A stretch of 64,000 nucleotides of DNA from Eledone cirrhosa (GCA_964016885.1 OZ024741.1:340752001-340816000), one strand, 5' to 3'. Counted from the first letter of the stretch, positions 47,246 to 62,317 are shown. Notes: generated by a model not told the origin, from the letters alone. A program made the numbers and translations.

Positions 47246-47327
47246 GCCGAAACATCAGCGAGCCACAGCCGACAGCCGCAGATTTTCTAACCAATATTTA
47301 TTTGTAATCACACAGCGCCTTTGTCAC

Positions 47328-47446
<119 letters not shown>

Positions 47447-47655
47447 TTCCATGACTCTGCTGTGTCTCAGTCCTGATTATTTGTCTTGGGATCTGTGGGA
47501 AAGTGTTACCTCCCAGCTGGAATTCATTGTCTTCCGATGATGTCTATGTTTTAGATATTGCTGTTACTTTCTTAGGCTTTTATTGCAATTTTTGCAATTT
47601 ATCTGCTGACCTTTGCTAATTTTTGTCTGAAAGTCAAGCACAGACACAGACTTAA

Positions 47656-47872
47656 CCCTTTCCTGACTATATTTTGAATGAAATACATTCTATTTCAATT
47701 TAGTAATGAGGTATTTTTTAGGGCTTAATTAAAATTATTTCGTTACAAAGAGAGTAACTTAAAATATTGTACATATTTGTTGGAATATTTTAATCTAAAT
47801 AGGAGCCTTTTACAAGGGGATGGTTTTGTTACATAGAGCCAGAGCGAGTTTGGGCTAGTTGGTATCAAAAGG
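47656..47872. mobile_element. piggyBac-like MITE
   Basis: TTAA-CCCTTTC ... TCAAAAGG-TTAA: TTAA flanks with imperfect TIRs. Confidence 0.6.
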
Positions 47873-48010
47873 TTAAATAGGAACCATATAAAATAGATGG
47901 TTTGGGACGGTTTGATCACGATTTGACGATTTCGGTCTTATTTGCATTTGCAGGAGACCTTGGGAACATATCTTCTGCCATAGCCTCGAATCAACTTAAC
48001 ATTCTGAGAA

Positions 48011-48076
<66 letters not shown>

Positions 48077-48209
48077 CCATGGAGTTCTGTTACTTCGTTT
48101 GTATTTGTAATTTAAAAAAAATAATTTTTTAAGGTTTCACCTTCAAAAATTGTTTTTCGTTTTGCCTTGTTCCCGTTCGTTGTCTTGTCCTCTCTTTGTT
48201 AATTTTCTC

Positions 48210-48267
<58 letters not shown>

Positions 48268-48414
48268 ATACTTTGAGAGGGTCATGTTGCCAATAAGAAA
48301 CACACGCACCAGTTGCTTTCACTTCAATTTATTATAATAAAATTTATAAATTTAGGAATTTGTAAATTTCCGGTTGGTTGGAAGGTACGAGAACCAGATC
48401 GTTGTTTATATATT

Positions 48415-48457
48415 GTCAAAGTTCTTTCGTCACACATTCTGTGACCTCTTCAGTGAC
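48415..48457 (-). ncRNA. Minimal hammerhead motif (family M; island ~48262-48515 between (TA)n)
   Basis: Minus strand: GTCA-CTGAAGA-G-GTCACA(GAATG)TGTGAC-GAAA-GAAC-TT-TGAC. Confidence 0.65.
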
Positions 48458-48510
48458 TGAGGTTTCTTTGTTTTTATGCCTCTCCTTTGTTCTGTCCTAC
48501 GCCATCTTGT

Positions 48511-48663
<153 letters not shown>

Positions 48664-48745
48664 TGTATATATAGTGTATTGCAAAATACACTATATATAT
48701 ATATATTAGCTTGGCCACAGCCAAGACTTCGATTTTACGAAACTA

Positions 48746-48840
<95 letters not shown>

Positions 48841-50934
48841 GATAAAAACGTCGAAAATAACGCCGTTCCAATGGTCACCATTTTGTTCTTGACAAGTTAT
48901 ATTTTAAAAAGATCTATTGACATTTGGGCCACCCATTATGAGTGCGTGTATGTATGTGGATGGTCATATTGGGAAGTACGGTCATTCAAATATAACAATC
49001 GTTATGTGAGTAATGTTTTCATTTAACACCTTAAAATATATTTGTTTTTATATGTAGTATATATATATGTATTAAAGCCTAGTTAGTTTGTCAATTGATA
49101 TATCTCAATATAACGCTTAGAATTATTATTATATATATATATTAAAAGGATTCTCTGCTCCGCCGTAAAGATTTTACCGTTTCAATAAAACATTGTGGGA
49201 TACAGTTGCATGTATGTATGTTTGTATTATGTCGGGTCACTCTTGAGTGCTACTGGTAACTTGTAACCCAGTACAATCTGTCTCATGGTCGGGTTGTCGG
49301 CGACTAAACCGGCAACCTCACCAAGTTTACTTGGTGAGGAGGGTGATTTTGGACACCCTGCAGGACAAAAAACAAAACATGACAAAGGACCGAAGAATTC
49401 ATAAGAGTCAACGGCCAACCAAAAATGTGTAACTATGTATATACATATGTACATATGTATGTATATGTATATATATATATATGTATATATATATGTATAT
49501 ATGTATATGCATGTATGCATGTGTGTATATATATGCGGAGGGACATAGAAATAATCGGGCTGGATACCCGATCGCCGGGTTAAACCCCTGGGAGTGAAGG
49601 ACCCCTAGCTTTTGTCAGGGAATTCTTCTAGAAGGTAACTCAGGAAATTGGGCTAACTCAAACATAAAACCTGCGGCTCAGTAGTTACCGATGATGTTGA
49701 TCTTTTCTTCTTTTCTGGTTATAGCTACTGTCGCTGAGAGAGTGGGATTGGCTCAGTGCACAGTTTTTCCTCACTAAAAAAAAAAAAATCCTCACGCACA
49801 GGCATTGCACGATAGCATTAATTGATAATTATTAATAATGGTATGACGTGCAATGTCCATCATGGGGGCAGCCAGCATATATATATCTATGTATGTATGT
49901 GTGTATGTCTCATGATCGGGTCGTTGGCGACTAAACTGGCAACCCCACCAAGGTTTCTTAGTGAGGAGGGTGACTTTGGACATCCTGCAGGACTAAAAAC
50001 AAAATCTGTCAAAGGGCAAAGGAACTCTTAAGAGTCAATGGCCATCCAAAATCACCGGGAGAGATGACCCCTTAGCCTTTGTCAAGGCAGAATTCTAGGA
50101 GAAGGAAAACTCTGATATAACACCTGCAACCCTGATGCTATCCAATGTTCTTCTTTTTGGTAAATATCATTTTGGTTAAGAGAGTGGGACTGGCTTTGTG
50201 CAGTGCCTTTGCTCACTATAAAAGCTTCACGGCACAGGCATTGCTTTATATCTGGAGGTCTCTCTGCACTTGTCATCACATGGTACCATGGGCCCAGCAC
50301 TATGTGTCAATAATTGTCACAAGTGTAGTGTTTGTACCAGAGTTTTCAAGTCGCTGGCTGGACTAGAAAGTCACACTCGTTCAGCGCATCGGTAGGGGTT
50401 CTCCTACATGGATATAAAGTAGTGGCCGTACTCGAAAACGAGTTGGCAGCCACCATGTGTGTATGTATGTATGTATGTATGTATGTATGTATGTATGTAT
50501 GTATGTATGTATGTATGTATGTATATATATTTGTATGTATGTATGTAGAGATGTATGTATGTATGTATGTATGTATGTATGTATGTATGTATGTATGTAT
50601 GTATGTATGTATGTATGTATGTATGTATGTAGAGATGTATGCATATATGTATAGATAGATGAACTTAATAGAAAACCAGTAAAATCAAGCAATATATATT
50701 GCTATTATAATCGTTGACGTTGATACTGATATTGACGTTTGCGTGACCCTGACAATTATCTGCTTATTGTTTGGTTTTGTTTGAATGAATTTGCCTCATT
50801 ATTTCTCTTGTATTACTCCGGCAACTAATCGATTGTTTGGCATTCTTTGAACGTCTGTGGGGGTGGATGTTTATGTGGTTGGGCGGCTTTATAGTGAACG
50901 GTCGCGCGTGTGGGCAGGTATATATGTGGACCCT

Positions 50935-51400
50935 TGTGTAGATATGTGTGCGGGTAGATGTGTATGTGGGTAGTTGTGTAGGATGTGGGTAGTTGTGTAT
51001 ATGTGGGTAGTTGTGTGTGGGGGTAGATATGTATATGGGTAGTTGTGTATGTGGGTAGTTGTATATGTGGGTAGTTGTATATGTGGGTAGATGTATATGT
51101 GGGTAGATGTGTATGTGGGAGATGTTTATGTGGATAGATGTGTATGTGGGTAGATATGTATGTGGGTAGTTGTGTATGTGGGTAGTTGTATATGTGGGTA
51201 GATGTATATGTGGGTAGATGTGTAAGTGGGAGATGTGTATGTGGGCAGATGTGTATGTGGGTAGATGTTAATGTGGGTGGTTGTGTATGTGGGTAGATGT
51301 GTATGTGGGTAGATGTGTATGTGGGTGATTGTGTATGTGGGTAGATGTATATGTGGGTAGATACGTGTGTGGGTAGTTGCGTGTGTGGGTAGTAACGTGG
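50935..51400. repeat. ~16-bp G/T-rich minisatellite (ATGTGGGTAG(A/T)TGTGT)
   Basis: Direct reading. Confidence 0.9.
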
Positions 51401-51744
51401 GTTGGTAGAGGGAAAGATTGACCTTTGGAATTGTTAGGCTTATATAGTCTAACGTCCATTGGTAACCATTAGTTTTGTACATACGCAACGTTTCATTAGA
51501 TGTGCTTAGAAACATAGGGGAAGCTGAAGGAGGGAGGAGAGAGAGAAGGAAGAGGAATATGGAGTAAACCCCTAAAATCATTTGTAGAATTGTTAGTAGA
51601 TAATAGAATAAAATAAATCCTTTATCTTCCTACAGGTATTAATTTCCTATCCACACCACTACACCTTCACCCTAACAACCGATCGATAATAGAGATTAAA
51701 ATATGTTAGTTGTGACTAATCAAGGGCTGTTATTTACACGAAAA

Positions 51745-51972
51745 CACATACACATATATTCAAGGCATATATACATATACACATATATACAAGGCATATA
51801 CACATATTCAAGGCATATATACATATACACATATATACAAGGCATATATACATTTATACAAGGCATATATACATATACACATACATACAAGGCATATATA
51901 CATATACACATAAATACACGGCATATATACACATATATACAAGGCATATATACATATATACCTATATACAAA
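51745..51972. repeat. AAGGC-punctuated (CA/TA) minisatellite
   Basis: Repeated CAAGGCATATATACA.. units. Confidence 0.85.
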
Positions 51973-52909
51973 GCACTCATGCATAAACTCACATTTTTTC
52001 ATATACATGCATGAACATATAGGCAACATTATATTAAGCTATCCCGCCAAGGTTAACTTTGCCTTTCATCCTTACGGGGTCGATAAAATAAAGTACCAGT
52101 AATGTACTGTTAATTGCTGGCCTTGTGCCAAACGTAGAAACAATTATATTAAGCTGTACAGAGACGCTGTATATTCACTCTCACACACATTCTCTCGCAC
52201 ACACGTTCTCTCGCACACTCATCCACTCATACACTCTTTCACTCACATAAACACACACACACACACATACACATACTTACATACATACATAAATACATAC
52301 ATACACAGACACACACATACATACATATATACATATAAACAAACATACATACAGTCACTGTCTCAAACATACAATCACGTTCATAAATACTTCACACACG
52401 CGTTCACGTTGAATATTCACGCATGAAAGGTTAAGTAGAAAAAGGAAAAGAAAAGAAAGAATCTGCGTATAGTAGGGGTGGGAGGATGGGGGTGGATGGG
52501 GGTGGGAGTGACTGGTAGTGAAAGCAGGATAAGTGTATGTGAGGATGGTAGCGTCTATGTATATACAGGTAGGAATAGTGTGAATACGGGGCCTCGGGTG
52601 TGAGTGGTGGATGTTAATGTTTGTGTCAAAGGAAAATCAATCGAGTATTGATTCCAGAGGGAATAACGGTCCCTAACAGGAAGATAAATCCCCCCCCCCC
52701 CCGACGAGACGTGCAACAAGAAGGCCTGTGGGCTGAATATATATATATGTCTGTGTGTGTGAATTAATGAAGACGAACAAGGCAAATAAAACAGAAAAAA
52801 TGAACAGGAATTGAACAGAAAATGAACAGTGAACTTCAGGAAACCGTTATAGTTTCGGTATATATATTTATATATATATATGTATATATATTATATATAT
52901 TAAATATAT

Positions 52910-52969
<60 letters not shown>

Positions 52970-53003
52970 ATATATATAATATATATATATTATATATATA
53001 ATA

Positions 53004-53116
<113 letters not shown>

Positions 53117-53280
53117 TCTGTTTGAGTCTGTTCATTATTCAACAGTTATTCAAAGCGCTGACGACAACGCACTGAATAAATTTTTGACACATTTGAAATG
53201 TGAATAACGGGTTGATGTAATGAAATTAACTAATATATGATACCGTCTCTCTTCCTTATATATATAATATATATATATAT

Positions 53281-53911
53281 TAGAATTGGTGCTCTGAAAT
53301 AGCTATATATATATATGAATATAGTGTATTTTGCAATACACTGTATGCTTAATTAAAAGCATTTCGAAGACCTTATGCTATTGTTTTAGGGTAGTGACAG
53401 TCTCACTTACTTTAAGTTTCAGCAAACAGGGAAGATAAAGCTGACAGGGCCCTGTTTCGCATTTTTTGTATGCTTATCAAAGCCACCTACTCCTCCTGTT
53501 TGCTGAAAATCATGGATGTTTGATTCTTATAGAATTCTAGTAAATAATCAGGAACTGATTATACAGAGCGGTTGCCGGTCGAGCAGAAATTGAAAATTAG
53601 AATAGCTATTTCAGAGCACCAATTCTAATTTTCAATTTCTGCTCGACCGGCAACCGCTCTGTATAATCAGTTCCTGATTATTTACTAGAATTCTATAAGA
53701 ATCAAACATCCATGATTTTCAGCAAACAGGAGGAGTAGGTGGCTTTGATAAGCATACAAAAAATGCGAAACAGGACCCTGTCAGCTTTATCTCCCCTGTT
53801 TGCTGAAACTTAAAGTAAGTGAGACTGTCACTACCCTAAAACAATAGCATAAGGTCTTCGAAATGCTTTTAATTAAGCATACAGTGTATTGCAAAATACA
53901 CTATATATACA

Positions 53912-53915
<4 letters not shown>
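53281..53915. mobile_element. Family A young fold-back (~290-bp near-identical arms), HHRs at 53439-53484 (-) and 53741-53786 (+)
   Basis: GGCT-TTGATAA-GCAT(ACAAAAA)ATGC-GAAA-CAGG(G/A)CCCTG-TC-AGCT. TAGAAT at 53281 and 53598 gives a 317-bp monomer. Confidence 0.92.
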
Positions 53916-53972
<57 letters not shown>

Positions 53973-55308
53973 GACGGGTAAGTGAGGCGAACTAAGATCT
54001 GGGCCTCAAGGGGCCAACAAGCATTGAGTTAAGCGCCAGCTTAACGTGGCGAGCAAAATAATGTTAATTAACCGAAACTATATGCAAACAGATTGATTGA
54101 CAAGGGCTCTTTACTGTATTCGATAACGAAGTTGCCTTGCTCGCCTTTTCTCTCCCGTTATCAGTATTTTGTAAAATGGTACTTCCAGCCGCCATCCATA
54201 GCGACCAGATTTCAACAGAAATAGAGCTTTATTTATTTATTCAATTAATTTCTCTTTTATCTTCTATATTCATATTCTGACGGATATCATCGTCGTAATT
54301 TCATATTGGTGTTATTTATACACAGTAAACACAAAATAAATATATTTGAGAAAAACAAAGATGTTGATACGGTGGTATGTCCATTATCGATATCAACTCA
54401 TATTGACACATATTTCTTCTTCTTCTTCTTCTTCTTCTTCTTCTTCTTCTTCTTCTTTATATACATACATGTATACGTTTATGTGTATAGAGTTGTGTTG
54501 TAAATTGTTTTGATACGATGTTAGTTAAAATGTATGTTATCACCACAGTTTACAATCACCAATATGGCCTTTTAAATGCTCATAAACTAGGGAATGGAAA
54601 AAGAATTTACAGCTCACACCTATATAGGATTAGTTGGCTTCCTCCTACGGGGTTGTATCTCGGATGTTTCTTGGCTGCTTTAATGATAGGGGTCACAATT
54701 CTATCCTGTCGTTGTTACAACTCATACAATGTTATATCCCATAATAGGTGGGGGGGGGGTAGATTTAATGATAACAGTGCTAATCAGATGATGAAAAGCA
54801 ACGTGAAACGAAGGACCATTCGGTGCAGGTATCGAACACAAGCCCTTATGATCGTGAGTCAAACACTCTAACTACTAGATCATGCGCCTTTTATATATTG
54901 AGATGGATATGTGAGACCTTATTGTATTCACTATTAACAGCCTTACATTGCCCCCACATTCAAGTGATGTAGGTCACCGAGTGAAGAATTGTGCTGTTTG
55001 GTTTGAACAAAACTCCGCCTGTTTCGATGGAAGACACTTTAACACCAAAACACAGATTTTCATTGACTACCTTCTGATGTAATCTGGTGCCATGGGCAAC
55101 AGAGCACCAGGGTAAGAACATCATACAAGACCACACATACATACACACACATACATATATACATACATACATACATACATACATACATACATACATACAT
55201 ACATACATACATACATACATACATGCACACATACATACATATATACATACATACAAACACACACATACACATACATATACACATAGATACATACATACAC
55301 ACATACAT

Positions 55309-56220
55309 ACGACGTGTGTTAGAAAGTTAACAGAACTTAGTGTGCTGTGTGAACTATGGATAGGGTAGGGATTAGTGGGTTACCGTATGGCGTCATACCC
55401 GGGGAGTATATAACTCCAATCTCAGCTCTCTGCAGCCATTGTATGGTTTTTCACGTGCTTTTGTTAACAGTTTCTCAATTTTAGTCCGTCAAGAGATGGG
55501 CACAGAGCTACAAATCTACTTGAAGTTTCTAATTCAGCTGGGAAAAACTTCGTCAGAAGCACTCGGAAAACTGCAGTGTACGGAGATGGGACAATGTCGC
55601 ACACACGGGTATTTCGAGTGGCACAAAAGGTTCAAAATAGGGGTGAGGACTGAGCAAGACTGAGGTCAACGTTGAAGCAGGTGGCGTTCGTTGGCTGGCT
55701 GTTCGAGTGGTTGTAAGTGAGCTAAGCATGAACCCTGACAGCGTTTGGGAGATTATCACCGATCGGTGCTAAGATGGCGCTGAAGCTACTAAACGATGAC
55801 CAGGTGTGTCAGGACATTCTCGAGCGTCTGAAAACGGAATCAGACTTGTCGGGGAGAGTCATCAAAGGTGATGAGTCGTGGATTTTCAAGTACGACTCAG
55901 AAACCAAGGTCCAGAGCCTTCAGTGGATAAGTCTGCAGTCGCGGAGGCCAAAGAAATCAAGATAGTTGAAGTCCAAAGTTAAACTCATGTTGATCGCGTT
56001 TTTCGGTGTGAGGGGCATCCTTCACACAGAGTTCTTGCCACAAAGCCAGACGATCAACCAGCATGTCTACAAACTAATCCTGCGGCGTTTGCTTCGTTCA
56101 GTGTACGAGAAGAGGTGAAAGCTGTGGCAGGACAACTCGTAGCTGCTTTACCTCGACAACGCGCCGGCTCACAACGCCCTGAGCACCCGGCAGTTCTTGG
56201 CCTAGAAGAACATCGCCGGT
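55309..56220 (+). mobile_element. Mariner (IS630-Tc1-mariner) transposase remnant
   Basis: FEWHKRFK, GDESWIFKYDSETKVQSLQW, and manually translated LDNAPAHNALSTRQFLA. TIR-like ACGACGTGTGTTAGAAAG after TA. Contains stops and frameshifts. Confidence 0.88.
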
Positions 56221-56364
56221 TGGTTTTGCCCGTAAAATCTGTCCAGTGATTCTTTCCTGAGACATTCTAACCACATGCCCTTCCTGAACCATCTTTGGTG
56301 TCTCGGGATGCGTAATCTTTTTCTCCATTTTATTATAATTCATGGATAAATTTTAATATATTGT

Positions 56365-56600
56365 ACTAGCTGAATTTCCCGGCGTCGCCAGGGTTACTGC
56401 TGTTCTTATTCAGATTAGTAAACAATAAATATGAAGATATGTTTTTTTCTGCTCATAATTATTTCAAAATATCTATATTTTATTAAAAAAATATCAGAAT
56501 TGTAATAATAGTATTTAGAAATGAAAATCTGTCAATCTTGAAGCACCTTAGAGTAAACAATATTCATTGTGTCATAATTTTTGGGTGTCAAAATGAATAC
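56365..56600 (-). mobile_element. Helitron 3' end
   Basis: Minus strand: CCCTGGCGACGCCGGG hairpin, then AAATTCAG-CTAG|T. The 5' boundary is uncertain. Confidence 0.6.
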
Positions 56601-57242
56601 ACACATACACTCACACACACATACACTCTCACATACACGCACACATCCTCACATACACTCACATACATATACTAAGACACACACACACAGACATACATTC
56701 ACACACACCTGTCTGTCATCACATATGTATCTGCATGTGTAGATGTGTGTGTGTGTTTAATTGTCTGTGTGTGAAGATAATGTGTATGCAACTTACTAAC
56801 GCTATATGTATGTGTGTGTTTAATTCTCTGAGGCCCCACGTTAAAGTAAAAATTATCACTCATACACTCACACACACATACAATCTCACACACCAAAATG
56901 TCAAATCTACCCCTTTTCACGTTATGAAACAAAACATTTCCTCATATTCACCCTTCCATCACAATAGGTCTTTGAAACATAACGATGTAAATTTCACTAT
57001 CTTATTATGTTTTTTTTTTCAATACATATAAAATTTAATAATAATAATAATAATAATTGTTTCTACGTTTGGCACAAGGCTAGCAATTACCCAGTGCATT
57101 ACTGGTACTTTATTTTATCGATCCCGTAAGGATGAAAGGCAAAGTTAACCTCGGCGGGATAGCTTAATATAATGTTGCCTATATGTTCAATGGCAAGGGA
57201 CGTAACTCTATACGTCAAAGCATGGCGTCCGACCCTCTACCG

Positions 57243-57500
57243 AACGAAAGATATAACTTTATAACATCACTATTTATTTCATTATATATATTTCGGGGAG
57301 GCATACATTTTTGCATCCCCGAAATATATATAATGAAATAAATAGTGATGTTATAAAGTTATATCTTTCGCTTATTACTATTATTGTCATAATACTCCAG
57401 ATAAGTATTATTTGTCGAGAGCTTCGTATCTGTTATAAACATAACTCAGTTGATTAAATATCAACGAAGTTTATAAAAATTGAATACATATTTCTACTTT
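57243..57500. mobile_element. Family B-related fold-back, inverted within HHR helix II
   Basis: ~55-bp arms about 57307. The right arm has CCCC-GAAA-TATATA-TA-ATGAAATAAA and a downstream TGTCGAGAGC motif. Confidence 0.7.
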
Positions 57501-57734
57501 TCAGTTTTGATCGTGAAGTGAAAGTGACTGAAATATTAAAGTACATTCTACCCTTCCCTGGGAAGAAACATGGTCACAAGTTAGATGATCTTAAAATTGA
57601 TTATTTGTTTGCATTAGGTTGGCAGATTAAGCTTAATAGCAAGAGGAGAAAAGGGGCGAGAGACAAATTACCAAGTTTTAGGAAAATATTAGTCACGAGA
57701 ATTGTTTTACCGTGGGTCATAGGAAAGTAGAAAT

Positions 57735-57777
57735 ATGGGCCGCATTGGGCCCGCTGGTTGTGTGTTTGAGACCCCTT
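57735..57777 (-). mobile_element. hAT-like terminal fragment
   Basis: Minus strand AGGGGTCTCAAACAC..GCGGGCCCAATGCGGCCC resembles hAT/Charlie MITE ends (from recall). Confidence 0.4.
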
Positions 57778-58482
57778 TTGTTGAGCTACCATAGAGGGCT
57801 AAATATCCAGAGAAACATTACAAAGATATCCAAGGGAGATAAATACCCAGGAATGCATTGCATGGTTGGCCTAGGGCAACAAATACCCGGGCGCAGCCCT
57901 TGACTATGTCGTCACAGCAGCTATGAAGGATTCATATAGATTAATTCTCTCTAAAATATCACATTACACTGTTCTTCCATCACCACCACCACCACCACCA
58001 TCGTATTCGTGTCGCATTGGTCAAACAATAGTCAAACTTTACTGAGTGTTATGTCATAAATTATTGATAGAAATTGTCCAGCCATTGATGATTCATATAA
58101 TCCAAATACACACATACACACACATCACCGCACACACACAGACACACGCACATCACCGCACACACAAACACATACACACACACACATCTTTATCACATAC
58201 ATGCATGCGTATATACATGCATATAAATATATGTATGTGTGTATGTATACATACATACACATATATATATATATATATATATATATGTATAATTTGTTTA
58301 TATATATATGTATATATATATATGCATAATTTGTTTACATTTATGTATGCATATTTATATATGCATGCATAATTTGTTTACATATATGTGTGTATATATC
58401 TATATCTATGCACACACATACACACACGTCACACACACACACACATATATATACAATTATGTATATATATATTATATATATG

Positions 58483-58546
<64 letters not shown>

Positions 58547-58931
58547 ATTATATGACTCAGTTGTGGGAAATGTATTATTAATAATAGATGTTCATAGACG
58601 CTCTCTATAAATATTGCGCAGCGAATAGTAAATGGGTGCATATATTAATAGTATGGTTCGTAAGACAAACATACTGACTGTAGATAGACGCTCATATTGC
58701 CATACATATGGGTGATGTTGTGGTGTAGCCCATTCACACTGACTGTCAATAGACATATATGTTAATGGTATGGAAGATATGACACTAAAAGAATATTCTA
58801 TCTTCAATCTTTGACCCTTCAACCTCTGAGTGTGCCGTCGAGGTGTGCCATCGTAACAATGTCTTGGACACTTGAAACCTGGCAGTGCCCATCCCTTCCC
58901 AGGTCTGAACACAACCTGTTTCTTCCATTAC

Positions 58932-58980
<49 letters not shown>

Positions 58981-61134
58981 GGTACTAAGTGTAATCGAAG
59001 TCGTAGCTACAAGTAGCAGATTAGCCTCAATCATCGAAGACTGCCACAAAGCACTCGATGATAGAGTAATTAATAAATTTCTCCTCAGATGTAGAGAGGG
59101 GATCGGAGAGAATAATCGAGTAGTTCAGCATTGAATTGGTACTTTATTTATCGATCTCGGAAGGATGAAAGACACATTTGACATCGGCGGGATCTAACGA
59201 TTTAACAATTCGCCGCCTTCCACCAAGTATTAGATAAACCAATATATTAATGTTGTGACATTCAAATCAGCGAATCTGGAAATTATCGCTAAGTTCAGAA
59301 TATTTGTTTTTAATGTTAGCTTCGTTTGTTTTGGGCACAAAGCAACCAATCTAATGGTTTCATGCGCAAAATAATGATAATATTAATAATTCTTTTTAAC
59401 ATTGGCACAAAGTCAGCAAATTGGAGGAAGGGAAAAGTCGATTATACCGATCCCAGTACTTAACTGGTACATTTTTATCGAACCCGGGAGGATGAAAAGC
59501 AAAATTGACCTTAACAATATTTGAACTTTGCCATATTGAACATTGCCACAAAGCATTTCACGCGACGCTCTCATGATCCTGCCAATCTTTCGCCCTTAGA
59601 TATTATTAATGCGCAGGATAAGAAAGCAAAACACTTCGAGATTATTCGCTACGCAATATTTATAAAGAGCGCCAATGAACATCTGTTATTTTATGAGTTA
59701 TGTTAAGTTATGTTCCAAAGTTACATTACTAAATTCCTCCAAATTCATGATTATTTTCAAAATTATTTTAAAATCATAGGTAGTGTCTTTCATTAGAAAT
59801 ATAGTAATGAACTCGTTAAACCTGGCGGAGCCCATTCACCTTCACCTTTGATCTCAACCGATTTCTTCCAGAGGTATGTGTGTGTGAGAGGGGGGGGGAG
59901 AATATGTGTGTGTGTGTCTGTGTGGAAGTAATAAAGAGCGATATATGAAGAATTGACACCAGTACTGTACTGACATATTATTTATCGACATCGAAAAGTT
60001 GAAAGGTAAAGTTGACCTCAGCGTGATTTGAACTCAGAGCGCAGTAAGCTGGAACAAATACCGAAGTATTTAATCCAACGCCCTAAAGATTCTCCCAATT
60101 CACCGTTTCAGAAGTATCAATAGGTCATCGGATTAAATTCTTGCAGTATTTATTCAGACACCTTGTAGTCTGAGTTCAATTCCTGTCAAAGTAATCTTTG
60201 CCTTTTATTCTTCCACCACTGGAGTCAATAAGTATAATATTAGTCTAAGTCAGGTGGTGGAGTGGTGGAATTGTTGGAAGAAGTACCTTGTATTTATTCC
60301 AACTCATTGCATTTTGAGTTGAAATGCCATCGATGTCAACTAGGTTCAAAGGGCATGGTTGTGGTTGTAGGTGGCAATATATGGTGGAAGTGGTGATGGT
60401 GGATATGGTAGCGGTGACGTTGGTAGAGTTTGGGAACAATTGGTTTACCCCTTTTGATATCAACCACGCCAATACCGTCTCGATTTAAAGTAAAATCTTT
60501 CAGCATAATTAATATCTTAGAAATGAAATAATTAATAGTTTCAGTTAATCACTCAAAATTCTTTATTAATTCGAATAGAATGTATTTCCACCCAATTTTT
60601 AAGTGTACCTATTTAAATGGAAAATTTTCCAAATCAATTTTATATAAGAACCATGTATTAAGTAACCTAATAATGGTTTCCGATTTAGGCGCAAGGCCAA
60701 CAGTTTTAGGGGGAGGGAAAAGTCGATTAAATCGACTCCAATACGTTACTGGATCTAGACGTTCGAGAACAATACAAGGAAGAAATAATACAAACACATT
60801 AGAGGGAGTTATACTGAGAGAAAAAAAAGAGCTAAATCAGTAACAACAATAAAGAAATAATAATAATTGTTTCTACTTTAGGCACAAGGCCAGCAATTTA
60901 AAGGGGATGGGAAAGTCGATTAAATCAACCCCGGTGTTTATTGGTACTTTATTTTATCGACCCTGTAAGAATGAAAGGCAAAGCCAACCTTAGCAGGATT
61001 TGAACTCAGAATGTAAAGGGTTGTAACTATATACGGCAAAACATAATGTCCGGCGCCCTAATTATACTGCCAATTCACCGCCCTTTATGTTACCTAATAA
61101 CGAAATGATAATTTTAATAAAATCCTCAAAATCC

Positions 61135-61842
61135 TTCACCCCACCCTCACAACCGCTACTACTATCACCTCTCCACTAGCAGTATTATCCCCCATCACCA
61201 TCACTACCACCACCACCAACACTACCACCAACACTACCCACCACTACCACCACTACCACCACCACTACCACTACCACCACTACCACCACCACTGCCAGTA
61301 CCACCACCACCAACACTACCACCAACACTACCCACCATTACCACCACCACTACCACTACCACCACTACCACCACCACTACCAGTACCACTACCACCACCA
61401 CCAACACTACCACGATCAATACTACCACCACCACCACCGACACAAACACTACCACCACCAGCACTACCACCACCAACACCAACACCAACACTACCACCAA
61501 CAACATTACCACCACCACCACCACCACTACCACCACCACTAGCACTACCACCACCACTACCAGTACCACTACCCCCACCGCCAACACTACCAACATCAGT
61601 ACTACCACCACCACCACTGACACCAACACTACCACCACCAGCACTACCACCACCAACACCAACACTACCATCAACAACACTACCACCACCACTAACACTA
61701 CCACTAGCACTACCATCACCACTACCAGTACAACTACCACCATCACCATCACTACCACCACCAGCACTACCACCACCTACACCAACACCAACACTACCAC
61801 CACCAACACCACTACCACCACCACTACCACTACCACCACCAA
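61135..61842. repeat. (ACC/ACT)n low-complexity trinucleotide tract
   Basis: Direct reading. Confidence 0.92.
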
Positions 61843-61974
61843 GCTATACATGAAAGAAAAATAAAGAATAACGTGTGGTCGTAAAGATACTGAAAACAGT
61901 TTTATAGAAGACTGTACAACCACACCCGTATATAAATACATACATAATCAAACACACACACTCACACACACACA

Positions 61975-62018
<44 letters not shown>

Positions 62019-62139
62019 CATGTGCGTGTGTATAATGCATACACACGCATACGTATGTACATATATATATATACGTGTGTACATATATATATATATATAT
62101 GTATGTATATGTATGTATATGTATATATATATATACTTA

Positions 62140-62189
<50 letters not shown>

Positions 62190-62192
62190 TAA

Positions 62193-62225
<33 letters not shown>

Positions 62226-62228
62226 TAA

Positions 62229-62317
<89 letters not shown>

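Noticed and set aside
52825-52860. GAAAC-containing fragments next to (TA)n (also ~48740) as HHRs
   Set aside because: Only a partial motif is present, with no CUGANGA half.
54820-54890. tRNA gene (also the heads at 18013 and 18200-18245)
   Set aside because: A/B boxes are present but the cloverleaf is degenerate and the sequence matches SINE heads.
61234-61776. Poly-Val/Gly-Ser ORF
   Set aside because: It is the translation of an (ACC/ACT)n low-complexity tract.
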